Of a stretch of 64,000 nucleotides of DNA, positions 29,585-38,821 are shown in pieces (position 1 is the first letter of the stretch; each line of letters begins with the position of its first letter). Source of the DNA: Mycobacteriales bacterium (GTDB lineage: Bacteria > Actinomycetota > Actinomycetes > Mycobacteriales > QHCD01); NCBI GenBank assembly GCA_036497565.1, contig DASXJE010000077.1, positions 13,570 through 77,569 on the forward strand, written 5' to 3'. The position numbers were made by a program, and so were the translations under genes. Under the pieces are notes generated by a model. It was given only the letters and a program-made list of their open reading frames with translations, ran no database searches and had not been told where the DNA came from.

Positions 29585-31060
29585 TCACCACACGGTGAAG
29601 AGCAGGGTCTGCAACACGAGGGCGAGGACGACTTGTCCGGCTAGTGCGCGGGTGCGCCAGAGCGGTGGGAGCAACGCGACGCCGAGCAGGAGCCAGGGCA
29701 TGAAGGGCAGCCAGATGCGTTCGACCTCGGCTTTGCTCATCAGCGTGAGATCCGCGACTGCGACACAGGCCAGCGCAGCGAGGCCGAGCACGATCACGGG
29801 CCGGGCCGGCGACCGGATCGAACGCCCCGCGAGTCGCCAGCGACGCACCACGAGCGCGGCGGCGGGCGCGGCAGCGAGACCTGCGCTGAGCAGCAGGGCT
29901 GCGAAGTCTGCCCAGATCCAGTAGGCCGCTGGTCGGAGGTGCGCAATACCCGCGTCGTAGCGCGTGTGCAGAACCGGCAACGCGGCCCACCAGCGGAAGC
30001 CGGCTGCGGCGAAGACGGCAAGCACGACAGCGGCACCGACGATCGTTGCCGGTGCCGGCCGCCATGTCCGGGCGGCGACCAGGACGGCTATGAGCAGCAT
30101 TGCCGCGATCGCCAGGCCGTAGGACAGCATGAGGGCGCAGCCGAACAGCAGGCCGGCGACCAAACCCCAGCCCTGCGTTCGGAGCACCGAACGGGTCGCT
30201 CGGTCGGTGCGTGCCGCTGCCCGGCTTAGGGCGTACATGCTCCACCCGAGCACCGCGGCGAACAGTGCGTCGGCCGACACAGCGGACCAAATGGCGAACG
30301 GTCCGACCGCCAGGAACGGGGCGACGCGCCGTGCCGCGGGGCGTGCGCCCAACCGGTCGAGGGTCAGCAGCACGGCGACGGGGGTCGTCGCGCCGAGGAT
30401 CGTCACGACCAGCCCGGCCGCCAGGCCGCTGCCCAGGCCCAGCCGTACGAGCGCCACGAACACCAGCAACGATCCGGGCGGATGCCCGGCGACGTGCGTG
30501 GTCCAACTGCCGGGAGCATTGGCGGGGATCCGCGCGATGAAGGTGTGCAGCAGGGTCGAGATGCCCCCCACGCGGTGCGCGGTGATCAGCGATTCGTTCG
30601 GGTTCTCGAAGACGGCGCTGATCCCGGACACGCCATCGACCAAAGCCAGGCTGAACATCCATGCCAGCGACACGACGTAAGCCCCGGCTAGCAGCAGCGG
30701 CCACCGCAGCAGCCGATCGGCTGCTGCGATCCCGCGCAGGGCGACGGCGACGCCGATCGCGATGGCCGGAGCGGTTCCGACACCGACGCGAGGTCGCCAG
30801 AGGGCGCTGAGCGGGGCGAACGCAGAGGCATAGACGTGCCACTGGAATACCGCCGGAACGACCAGACCCAGCCCGACAATGACAACCCCGACCGCGAGCC
30901 CGCGGTTCGCCCACCGCACCGGCTCGATCCGGACCGGGGATCGCGTAGCGATGGCCCCGGCAGTCGGTCCGGTGGCCCGGTCAGTCACCGCCCGCCCCGG
31001 TACCGCCGTCACCGCGACCGCGATCACCGCGGCCCCGGGCGTTGACGTCGCGGGCGACAC
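29585..31060 (-). CDS. large polytopic membrane protein, possibly a GT-C-fold glycosyltransferase (start uncertain)
   Basis: 491-aa ORF with more than 10 hydrophobic segments and a C-terminal ...SKAEVERIWLPF motif seen in GT-C-like membrane proteins. The 5' 80 nt overlap the upstream small gene, so the true start may be internal. Confidence 0.6.
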   Translation of the reverse strand: MSPATSTPGAAVIAVAVTAVPGRAVTDRATGPTAGAIATRSPVRIEPVRWANRGLAVGVVIVGLGLVVPAVFQWHVYASAFAPLSALWRPRVGVGTAPAIAIGVAVALRGIAAADRLLRWPLLLAGAYVVSLAWMFSLALVDGVSGISAVFENPNESLITAHRVGGISTLLHTFIARIPANAPGSWTTHVAGHPPGSLLVFVALVRLGLGSGLAAGLVVTILGATTPVAVLLTLDRLGARPAARRVAPFLAVGPFAIWSAVSADALFAAVLGWSMYALSRAAARTDRATRSVLRTQGWGLVAGLLFGCALMLSYGLAIAAMLLIAVLVAARTWRPAPATIVGAAVVLAVFAAAGFRWWAALPVLHTRYDAGIAHLRPAAYWIWADFAALLLSAGLAAAPAAALVVRRWRLAGRSIRSPARPVIVLGLAALACVAVADLTLMSKAEVERIWLPFMPWLLLGVALLPPLWRTRALAGQVVLALVLQTLLFTVW

Positions 31061-31445
31061 GCACGGCGTACGTGCCGAGCGAGATGGCGGCGACCAGGCC
31101 GAGCAGGATGACCAGGTTCATCCCGTAGTTACGAAGCAGGAGCGCCTTGACCGGTGGCTGGCTACCCCTGCGGGCGGCGAGTACTACGCCGATCACGGCG
31201 ATGAGGCCGCCTGTCACCAACGCGAATTGCACGTAGCGGCGGGCGCGAGGCGGCACCCGCGCGACCAGCGTCCCCACCGCGATCACGAGCGGGGACAGAA
31301 CTCCGTCGTGTATTACTACGACGCCGATCATCCAAGCTGCCAGGATCGCGACGTCGGCGAGCGGAACTTGGGTGAGCAGGCGGAACCCGCCGAACAGTGC
31401 GAGAAGAATCCCAGCGGCGCCGAGCACGATCCGCCACGTGCGCAT
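30981..31445 (-). CDS. small membrane protein (154 aa, 4 TM) with Arg/Gly/Asp-rich tail
   Basis: The ATG at 31445 lies 2 nt after the stop of the upstream Mo oxidoreductase. It has four hydrophobic helices and the tail RGRGDRGRGDGGTGAGGD. Confidence 0.55.
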   Translation of the reverse strand: MRTWRIVLGAAGILLALFGGFRLLTQVPLADVAILAAWMIGVVVIHDGVLSPLVIAVGTLVARVPPRARRYVQFALVTGGLIAVIGVVLAARRGSQPPVKALLLRNYGMNLVILLGLVAAISLGTYAVRVARDVNARGRGDRGRGDGGTGAGGD

Positions 31446-31447
31446 AG

Positions 31448-32632
31448 TCACCGGATCTCGATTCTGTGTAGCCATTTGGTGTTCAGCACGCCGGCGCGAT
31501 CGGGCGCGATCAGGCGAACCGGAAAGCCGTGGTCGAGGTCGAGTCTTTCGCCGTTGAGGTGGGTGGCCAGCAGCGCCGCGGCCAGTTGGGGGCCTTCGAT
31601 GAAGCTGTTGTTGTAGGGGCTGCCGGTCTCGAGGGAGACGGCGTGGACGCGGGAGTCGGAATTGCCGCCGGCTTCGCGCACGATGTCGAGCAGCGGCACG
31701 CCGCGCCACGAGGCGCCGACGCTCCATCCTTCGACACAGGCGATCGGCAGGTGGGCGTCGGTGCGGGCGCGGTCGAGTAGTTCGGGTTCGGATAGCAGGA
31801 ACGGGCTCGGTCCGTGGACGTGCAGTCGCCACCGCGGCGAGCGGGCCGCGTGCATGACTCCGGCCTCAAGCGCGGTGCGGTTGACGGGCACGCCGGCCGG
31901 CCCGGACGAGGCCTGCCGGTTGGCGAGCAGTCCGAGCGGCGACAGCGGTGTGATCGTCTCTCCGACGGTGGTGACGAGGACGGTGCCGATGCCGGTGCCG
32001 ACCGCGATCAGCAGGCCACGTCGGGTCAGTGCGTCGGTGCGTGGCGGCGCTGTGTCGCCGGCGTTGGTGTGTGAGGCGGGGTTGTCCTGCCAGGGGATTT
32101 CGGTGAGCACGTCCGCATCGGCCACCTTGGCGCTGAGCCCATAGCGGATGTCGGGCAGCTTGATCGAAATGTGCAGCAGGATGGACCCGATCACCACGTA
32201 GGCCAGGAAGCGGTGGACCGACGCGAAGTCCCACGGCCACAGGTACCAGTGCAGGGTGTTGAGGAAGCCGGTGACCAGCTGTACGAGAGCCGAACCTACG
32301 AGAACGAAGACCGACAGCCGCTCGGCGGCGTGCTTGACGGAGCGGACCACCGGCCAGCGGAACAGGTTCGGATAGACCGACCACAATTTGACCAACAGCA
32401 ACGGAACCGTCGCCGTGCCGGTGGCAACGTGAATGCCCTGCGTCAGTCGATATCCCCACACCGGCGTGGCAGGCTCGGGCAGCCAGGACCACGGGTGGTA
32501 CTGGTAGTGGCTCAGCATCCCTGTTACGAAACAGATTCCGAAGCAAATGCCGACCCATCGTCCCAGCCGCGCGGTGACCGCGGTCGAACGCAACGGGCTG
32601 CGGAAACGCGGCCAGTTGTCCGGGCGTGTCAT
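31448..32632 (-). CDS. membrane-anchored molybdopterin-dependent oxidoreductase (N-terminal multi-TM domain fused to an SO/YedY-like catalytic domain)
   Basis: I chose the ATG at 32632 (MTRPDNWPRF...). The N-terminal 200 aa or so have 5-6 TM helices. The C-terminal domain (ACVEGWSVGASWRGVPLLDI...LNGERLDLDHGFPVRLIAP...NTKWL) is SO-family. Confidence 0.8.
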   Translation of the reverse strand: MTRPDNWPRFRSPLRSTAVTARLGRWVGICFGICFVTGMLSHYQYHPWSWLPEPATPVWGYRLTQGIHVATGTATVPLLLVKLWSVYPNLFRWPVVRSVKHAAERLSVFVLVGSALVQLVTGFLNTLHWYLWPWDFASVHRFLAYVVIGSILLHISIKLPDIRYGLSAKVADADVLTEIPWQDNPASHTNAGDTAPPRTDALTRRGLLIAVGTGIGTVLVTTVGETITPLSPLGLLANRQASSGPAGVPVNRTALEAGVMHAARSPRWRLHVHGPSPFLLSEPELLDRARTDAHLPIACVEGWSVGASWRGVPLLDIVREAGGNSDSRVHAVSLETGSPYNNSFIEGPQLAAALLATHLNGERLDLDHGFPVRLIAPDRAGVLNTKWLHRIEIR

Positions 32633-32720
32633 TGCGTTCGCTCCGTCACCGCGCAGCGCTCTCGTCGGTGGTTGACAGGCCGCCAACCACCGCGCCGGCG
32701 GTCGCGCCAGGACATTCCGG

Positions 32721-33359
32721 TCATGGCTGCCGCTCGAGCAGCACGAATGCTCGGTCGCCGTTCGTCCAGCGTTCGATGGTCTGAAAGCCGGTGGTGCGGC
32801 CGTAGTCGACGGCGGCATCGCTGCCGACATAGGCCCACGGAAAATCCGGGCCGACGACCTGATCGGACACGACGAAGCGCACGCGCTGGCGGTCGTCGAC
32901 GGAGCACTGAGGGTGCGTTTCGATGATCACCCGCCCGCCGGGGGCGAGCAGTTCGTGCACGCGGCGCAGCAGGAGTGACGGGTCGCCGCCGATCCCGATG
33001 TTGCCGTCGAGCAATACGATTGTGGACCACCGGCCCTCGCCCGGCACATGCGCGAAGACGTCGCAGCGCAGCGCGTTGAGACCGCGCTCGCGGGTCATGG
33101 CGACAGCGGTCGGCGCGATGTCGATGCCGAGGGCGAGGCACTCCCGGTCGGCAAGTCCCGCGACAATGCGTCCCGGGCCGCAACCGACGTCGAGGGCCAG
33201 ACCCACTGAACGGTCGAGCGCGTCGAGGTCGATGGCATCGGCCGGCGCAAGCCAACGTGCGATGTCGAGCGTGACGGTGCAACCGTCGGGGTGGCGCAGG
33301 TGCAGCGCCGTGCCGCGTGAGAGCGAATGCTCGTAGGCGGGGAGGGCACCGACCTGCAT
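32721..33359 (-). CDS. class I SAM-dependent methyltransferase
   Basis: 212 aa with motif I ALDVGCGPGRI. The ATG overlaps the DUF2064 gene stop (ATGA). Confidence 0.8.
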   Translation of the reverse strand: MQVGALPAYEHSLSRGTALHLRHPDGCTVTLDIARWLAPADAIDLDALDRSVGLALDVGCGPGRIVAGLADRECLALGIDIAPTAVAMTRERGLNALRCDVFAHVPGEGRWSTIVLLDGNIGIGGDPSLLLRRVHELLAPGGRVIIETHPQCSVDDRQRVRFVVSDQVVGPDFPWAYVGSDAAVDYGRTTGFQTIERWTNGDRAFVLLERQP

Positions 33360-33988
33360 CAGGCTGCCTCCTCGGCCAGGCGTAGCCAGGTCGCGGCGAA
33401 CGCCGTCGCCGGGGCGAGCTGTGCGACGATCTGGGCGTCAGCGGCGGTGTCGACGTCGATGAGCTCGTCGAGCACCTGCACCCGGAGCCCGTGTCTTCTG
33501 AGCCGGTCGAGCTGCGCGGCGAAAGTCCACGACGTTGACATGGGCACGCCGTTGATCACGGTGGGCGCCAGCGATGGGTCGCGCAGGCCGATGCACCAAT
33601 ACCCGCCGTCGACTGTCGGGCCGAGGCACGCGTCGAACGTGGCAGGGTCGAACTGCCCGAGCAGCGCCGGGGTCACCTGCGGGGTGTCCATCCCGACGAG
33701 CACCGCGGGTTGCAGGGCGGCATTGCTGAAGGCGGCCGAGAGGCGCATGTCCAACCCGCCGCCCGCCTGATCGCAGTGCCGCCATCTTGGACGCAGCCAG
33801 TCATAGGCGTAGCCGTCGAATGCAAGCACCCGGTCGCGCGCCGGTGTCGCATCAACGGCATCGAGGGTGTCTTGCAGCGCCGCGGCAGCGAGCTCAGCGG
33901 CGTCCGCTGCCGTCACGTCCGGTGTCAGGCGCGTTTTCACGCGTCCCGGCACCGGTTCCTTCGCGATGACGATGTAGGTCTCGATCAT
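33359..33988 (-). CDS. DUF2064 / TIGR04282-like nucleotidyl- or glycosyl-transferase-fold protein
   Basis: 209 aa from ATG 33988 (IVIAKEPVPGRVKTRL...VLVGMDTPQ...GPTVDGGYW, the DUF2064 hallmarks). It has ATGA overlaps with both neighbours. The upstream part of the 33359-34609 track ORF is an out-of-frame artefact. Confidence 0.8.
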   Translation of the reverse strand: MIETYIVIAKEPVPGRVKTRLTPDVTAADAAELAAAALQDTLDAVDATPARDRVLAFDGYAYDWLRPRWRHCDQAGGGLDMRLSAAFSNAALQPAVLVGMDTPQVTPALLGQFDPATFDACLGPTVDGGYWCIGLRDPSLAPTVINGVPMSTSWTFAAQLDRLRRHGLRVQVLDELIDVDTAADAQIVAQLAPATAFAATWLRLAEEAA

Positions 33989-34644
33989 CAGAACCGCACC
34001 GCGCTCATGTCGCGGACGGCCTGCAGGTAGCCGCGGGGCGTCCCGGTGACCTTCGAACGGCCCGAGCGGGGGTGATAGTCGACGTCGACCTGGTCGATGC
34101 GCCAACCGGCGTGCGCCGCACGAACGACTGTCTCGAGTGGGTATCCGCTGCGGCGGTCGCGGATGTCCAACGCCTGCAGCGGTTCTCGGCGGGCGACGCG
34201 GATCGGGCCGAGGTCGGTGAGTTGGACTCCGGTGCGCGCTCGCACCCGCCGGGCGAGCGCGTGGTTGGCCAGCCGTGCGGCCAGCGGCCACGCTGCGCGC
34301 GAGGTCGGCCGACGGCGGCCGACGACGAGGTCCGCGCCGGCCACGAGGGAGTCGGTCAGGCGCACTGCGTCGGCGGGATCGAGCGACCCGTCGCAATCGC
34401 AGAACGCCACTACGTCGGCGGTGGCCGCGTTCAAGCCGGTGTGGCAGGCCGCTCCGTAGCCGCGTTGCGTGCACTCGACGACGATTGCGCCGCCGGCCCG
34501 GGCGAGGTCGGCCGATCCGTCGCTCGACCCGTTGTCGACCACGATGGCGCGAGCGGACAACGGAATCCGATTCAGGACCCACGGCAACGCGGCAGCTTCG
34601 TCCAGACACGGCAGCACGATTTCGATGAGGGGGTCGGTGCTCAT
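33988..34644 (-). CDS. family-2 glycosyltransferase (polyprenyl-phosphate sugar synthase-like)
   Basis: 218 aa with IEIVLPCLDEA...VVDNGSSDGS...FCDCDGS (the DxD region). Confidence 0.9.
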   Translation of the reverse strand: MSTDPLIEIVLPCLDEAAALPWVLNRIPLSARAIVVDNGSSDGSADLARAGGAIVVECTQRGYGAACHTGLNAATADVVAFCDCDGSLDPADAVRLTDSLVAGADLVVGRRRPTSRAAWPLAARLANHALARRVRARTGVQLTDLGPIRVARREPLQALDIRDRRSGYPLETVVRAAHAGWRIDQVDVDYHPRSGRSKVTGTPRGYLQAVRDMSAVRF

Positions 34645-34766
34645 GTCAGCGACGTAACCACGGACAGCGGCTGCGCAGAGCGAATGGCCAAATCGATCAT
34701 CGGATCGTAAGGAGATGAGCGCGGTTCGCGTGTGAGGGTGGAGGGAACTCTGCGAAAGGACCAGCG

Positions 34767-35771
34767 ATGCGTGTTGTCGTGACCGGTGGCGCCGGTTTCA
34801 TCGGCCGACCTGTCGTGACACGACTGGTCGAACGCGGCCACGACGTCCGCGTGCTCGACACGCGCGCCGCCGGCTGGGGAGTCGACGTCACGCTCGGCGA
34901 CGTACGCGATCCCGTCGCCGTCGGTCAGGTCATTCGCGATGCCGACGCGTTATGTCATCTCGCGGCCAAGGTGGGCCTGGGCGTCGACGTTCAAGACACT
35001 CCTGACTACGCCGACGTCAACGTCCGCGGCACCGCCACCGTCCTGGCTGCGATGGCGCAGCACGGTGTCCAACGGCTCGTGCTGGCCAGTTCGATGGTCG
35101 TGTACGGCGAGGGGCTCGGTCGCTGCACAGCACATGGTGACGTGGCGCCCGGTGCCCGCACCGAGGATGACCTGCGCGCCGGCAGGTTCGACCCCGGCTG
35201 CCCCCGATGTGGCCGCCGCCTCGGTTCCGCAATGATCGACGAGGACGGCCGTCTCGACCCGCGCAACGCCTACGCCGCGAGCAAGCTTGCCCAGGAGCAT
35301 TTCGCCTCGTCCTGGGCGCGCGCGGTAGGCGGCAGCGTCGCCTGCCTGCGGTATCACAACGTGTACGGGCCCGGCATGCCGAAAGACACCCCATACGCCG
35401 GAGTCGCGGCGATCTTCCGGTCCGCGCTGGCGCGCGGCGAGTCGCCGCGCGTGTTCGAGGACGGTCGACAACGCCGCGACTTCATCCATGTGCGTGACGT
35501 CGCGGCGGCGACAGTCGCAGCCATCGAACGGCACGAGCGCGGCATGGTCGCACTCAACGTCGGGTCCGGCACCCCTCGAACGATCGGCGCCATGGCCGAG
35601 GCACTCGCTCTGGCCGCCGGCGGCCCGACGCCATGCGTGACCGGGGAGTTCCGGCTCGGCGACGTCCGGCACATCACCGCCGACTCGAGCCGACTGCGCA
35701 CGATGTTCGGCTGGCATCCGGAAGTCGACTTCGCGGCCGGTGTCCGCGAGCTGATGTCCACCGGCGACTGA
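34767..35771 (+). CDS. NAD-dependent epimerase/dehydratase with a Cys/His insertion
   Basis: 334 aa with VVVTGGAGFIG and the catalytic YAASK. An insert of about 35 aa between SSMVVYG and YAASK carries C-x2-H...C-x2-C. It lies divergent to the GT2 operon. Confidence 0.9.
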   Translation: MRVVVTGGAGFIGRPVVTRLVERGHDVRVLDTRAAGWGVDVTLGDVRDPVAVGQVIRDADALCHLAAKVGLGVDVQDTPDYADVNVRGTATVLAAMAQHGVQRLVLASSMVVYGEGLGRCTAHGDVAPGARTEDDLRAGRFDPGCPRCGRRLGSAMIDEDGRLDPRNAYAASKLAQEHFASSWARAVGGSVACLRYHNVYGPGMPKDTPYAGVAAIFRSALARGESPRVFEDGRQRRDFIHVRDVAAATVAAIERHERGMVALNVGSGTPRTIGAMAEALALAAGGPTPCVTGEFRLGDVRHITADSSRLRTMFGWHPEVDFAAGVRELMSTGD

Positions 35772-35927
35772 CCGGCAGCCTCGGCCCTGACACGAAGCAC
35801 GACGAAGGACGACACAGCACGCCGGCCGTGAGTACCAAATGGCCGAGCAGGGTGCGGCAGGCGAGCGCGAGCTTACGAAGCAGTGACGTGCCCGCTCGCC
35901 GGGCCCATCCGCACATACGATGCAGTC

Positions 35928-36608
35928 ATGTCGCGTGTGCTCGTTGTCGATGACGACGAGACGATTGCGACCGTTGTGCGCGACTACCTCGAACGCGCCG
36001 GACATGCCGCCGCGTACGTCAGCGACGGACGGACGGCGCTGAAATCGATCGAGTCCGACCCGCCCGACCTCGTCGTCCTCGACATCATGCTTCCCGAGCT
36101 CGACGGCCTCGAGATCTGCCGCCAGGTGCGCGCCGCCCGCCCCGACCTGCCGATCATCATGCTCACGGCACTAGGAGAGGCCGAAGACCGGATCGCCGGC
36201 CTCGAGGTCGGCGCCGACGACTACGTGACCAAGCCGTTCTCACCACGCGAGCTCGTGCTCCGCGTCGATTCGGTGCTGCGTCGCAGCGCACCGGTGCGGC
36301 GCCCGGAGCGCATGCTGACGGCGGGTGCGATCACCGTCGACCGCACCGCGCGCCGGGCCACCCGCAACGGCCACGAGCTGACTCTCACCGTGCGCGAGCT
36401 CGAACTGCTCGCGTACTTGATGGAGCACCCCGATGTGGCCGTCTCGCGCGACCAACTCATGCGCGAAGTGTGGGGATGGACCTTCGGTGACCAGTCGACC
36501 GTCACCGTGCACATCCGGCGGCTGCGCGAGAAGGTCGAAGACGATCCGACGACCCCGGCACTGATCAAGACCGTCTGGGGCATCGGGTACCGGCTGGAGC
36601 TCCCGTGA
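35928..36608 (+). CDS. OmpR-family response regulator
   Basis: I chose the ATG at 35928 ([11 protein letters not shown]). It has a receiver domain ([10 protein letters not shown]) and a winged-helix output domain (VWGIGYRL). Confidence 0.92.
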   Translation: MSRVLVVDDDETIATVVRDYLERAGHAAAYVSDGRTALKSIESDPPDLVVLDIMLPELDGLEICRQVRAARPDLPIIMLTALGEAEDRIAGLEVGADDYVTKPFSPRELVLRVDSVLRRSAPVRRPERMLTAGAITVDRTARRATRNGHELTLTVRELELLAYLMEHPDVAVSRDQLMREVWGWTFGDQSTVTVHIRRLREKVEDDPTTPALIKTVWGIGYRLELP

Positions 36609-37756
36609 ACCTCACCGTCGCGAACGTCGCGTGGGCGATGCTGTGGTCCGCCGTCGCGGCGATCGCGGTCTGGTTCGCGCTCCTGCCGGTGCGGCGACGC
36701 ACGCTCCTCGGCGTGGTGACCTGCGTCGTGCTGACGGGAACCGCAGCGTCCCTGGGTGCCATGCTCAGCGCCATCCACGCGATGTTGTTGCCGACCTCCG
36801 AGCTGGTCACCGTTGTCGTTCTTACCGTCGTGGCCGGGGTCATCGCTACGGTCGCAGCCGGTGCCGCGGCGCGACGTCTGGCCCACGACAATCGACTGCT
36901 GCATACCGCAGTCGCCGACCTCGCGGCGGGACGCGTCCCAACGACCGACGGCCGTCCACTGACCGCCGAACTCGATCAGCTGCGACACGACCTGGCGGCC
37001 ACAGCGCGTAGCCTCAGCGAGACTCGCGATCGCGAGCGAGCACTCGAAGCAGCCCGCCGCGAGCTCGTCTCATGGGTGAGCCACGACCTGCGGACGCCGC
37101 TGGCCGGACTGCGTGCGATAGCCGAAGCGCTCGAGGACGGGCTGGCCGACGATCCGTCCGCGTACTACAAGCAGATCAGCGCATCGGTGGATCGGGTGAA
37201 CAACATGGTCGACGACCTGTTCGACCTGTCCCGGATCCAGGCCGGCCACACCCGTACTGCCGACGAGCCGGTGTCGTTCGACGATCTGGCCTCGGACGTG
37301 ATCGTTGCGCTAGCGCCGCTGGCGCGGGCTCGAGGGGTGACGTTGCGAGGCACCCCCGCCGGCACTGCGTTCGTGCGCGGTGACGCGGCTCAACTGGACC
37401 GCGCCGTCACCAATCTCGTTGCCAACGCCATTCGGCACACGCCTGACGGTGGCACGGTGACCATCGCGGTGAGCCGCGCCCGGGACTGCGCCGAGATCAG
37501 CGTGAGCGACGAGTGCGGCGGAATCCCCGAATCCGACCTGGCACGCGTGTTCGACGTGGGGTTTCGCGGCGAGTCCGCCCGTCCTCCCCACGATGACGGC
37601 AGCGCGGGCGCAGGCCTGGGCCTGGCTATCGTCCGCGGCGTGATCGAGGCTCATCACGGTGCCGTCTCGGTGGCCAATCACGGCTGCGGCTGCACGTTCC
37701 GGCTCGCCGTCCCGTTCGATGCACACTCACGCCGCGCCGGCCCGCATGGGCGATGA
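36605..37756 (+). CDS. sensor histidine kinase
   Basis: The GTG start overlaps the regulator stop. It has two N-terminal TM helices, the H-box SHDLRTPL, an N box ([10 protein letters not shown]) and G boxes (GAGLGLAI). Confidence 0.9.
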   Translation: MNLTVANVAWAMLWSAVAAIAVWFALLPVRRRTLLGVVTCVVLTGTAASLGAMLSAIHAMLLPTSELVTVVVLTVVAGVIATVAAGAAARRLAHDNRLLHTAVADLAAGRVPTTDGRPLTAELDQLRHDLAATARSLSETRDRERALEAARRELVSWVSHDLRTPLAGLRAIAEALEDGLADDPSAYYKQISASVDRVNNMVDDLFDLSRIQAGHTRTADEPVSFDDLASDVIVALAPLARARGVTLRGTPAGTAFVRGDAAQLDRAVTNLVANAIRHTPDGGTVTIAVSRARDCAEISVSDECGGIPESDLARVFDVGFRGESARPPHDDGSAGAGLGLAIVRGVIEAHHGAVSVANHGCGCTFRLAVPFDAHSRRAGPHGR

Positions 37757-37821
37757 ACGGCGTTGTCCCTGACCGCCAGGAACCGGGGTGGGCTGCACAC
37801 TCACGAGCGAAGGGAAACAAG

Positions 37822-37980
37822 ATGACCGCCACGCTCCCCGACTACACCGACCTCAGCGCACTGTTCATCAACTGCACCTTGAAGCGATCGCCCGAGCCGA
37901 GCAATACCCAGGGGCTGGTTGACGCGAGCGCGCACATCATGCGCGAGCACGGCCTCGGCGTGGACATCGTCCGTGCCGTT
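37822..37980 (+). pseudogene. N-terminal fragment of a flavodoxin-like FMN reductase
   Basis: MTATLPDYTDLSALFINCTLKRSPEPSNTQGLVDASAHIMREHGLGVDIVRAV matches the first 50 aa or so of flavodoxin-family NAD(P)H-FMN reductases. The similarity then stops abruptly. Confidence 0.5.
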
Positions 37981-38356
37981 CGTGGTCAACACCGACCGCC
38001 GCAGCCTGCACCGGATCACACCGTGGGGTTTCGTCGATGACGACGGCAGCTGGTCGCCCGACGGAGACACGATCGCCTTCGAACACTCCGGGCGGCTGTT
38101 CACCGTACACCCGGACGGGACGGGCCTGACCCAGATCCGGCTCGCGGTCAACGGCGGCCGCTACAACGCCGGCGACTTCTCCTGGGCACCCACCGGCACG
38201 CAGATCAGCTACTTACTCTGCGTCCCGAGCTGCGGCAAGGCCGTCACCGAAGGCATCGCCACCGCGAACGCCGACGGCAGCGACGTCGATCTCGTCACGA
38301 CGTCGCCCACTTTCGATCACCAAGCAGATTGGGGACCACATCAACCTGCCGACTAG
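37975..38356 (+). pseudogene. C-terminal fragment of a PD40/TolB-like beta-propeller protein
   Basis: In a different frame from the preceding fragment: ...DDDGSWSPDGDTIAFEHSGRLFTVHPDGTGLTQI...FSWAPTGTQISY... (PD40 repeats). It has no own start or signal peptide. Confidence 0.5.
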
Positions 38357-38821
38357 GCTCGCAACCTCAACTCGGCCGATCAGTCCCGGTCGGCCCTACG
38401 TTCGGGCGGCCGCTACCTGCGATGACGGTCCTAAGGGTCGAGGGCGATTCTGATAACGCGGTGACCGCTTGAGTCGGTAAACGAGAGCGCCACCCAGTCA
38501 CCCGCCGGCGCGGGGGTGAAGAACCGAGTCGCGTCGCCCTCCGCGCGTACCGCGACAGCAAGCGGATCAAGCCTAGGCGCTACCTCGTCCAGCAACGCGG
38601 CTACCTCGGTGGCTTCAGACACGAAGCAGGGTTTGCCAGCCGCCGCTCGCAGGCAACGCGCGCTAATGCCGCAGGGGCACCGACCGGATGTCTGCCGCGC
38701 AGCGGCACCGTACGCATCTGCCGCGGATCGGTGTGCTATGCGAAGTGCGCCTGGTCATGACCGAAGGAGCGCTGAGCTGCCGTGCCTACTCTCGGCGACT
38801 GCACGGACTCGCCTTCGGTTC

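Noticed and set aside
29466-30914. 482-aa minus-strand ORF, and similar Arg-rich ORFs (30981-31832 upstream part, 33359-34609 upstream part, 40871-41788, 44809-46200, 45272-46849, 47860-49257, 52594-53703, 57915-59225, 58940-60760)
   Set aside because: All are alternative-frame or antisense shadows of better-supported genes. Their composition is extreme (R, P, G, A) and no motifs were seen.
38431-38622. 63-aa minus-strand ORF downstream of the poly-Pro methyltransferase
   Set aside because: It has no RBS or recognisable family and is small enough to be open by chance at this G+C, so it is not listed as a feature.
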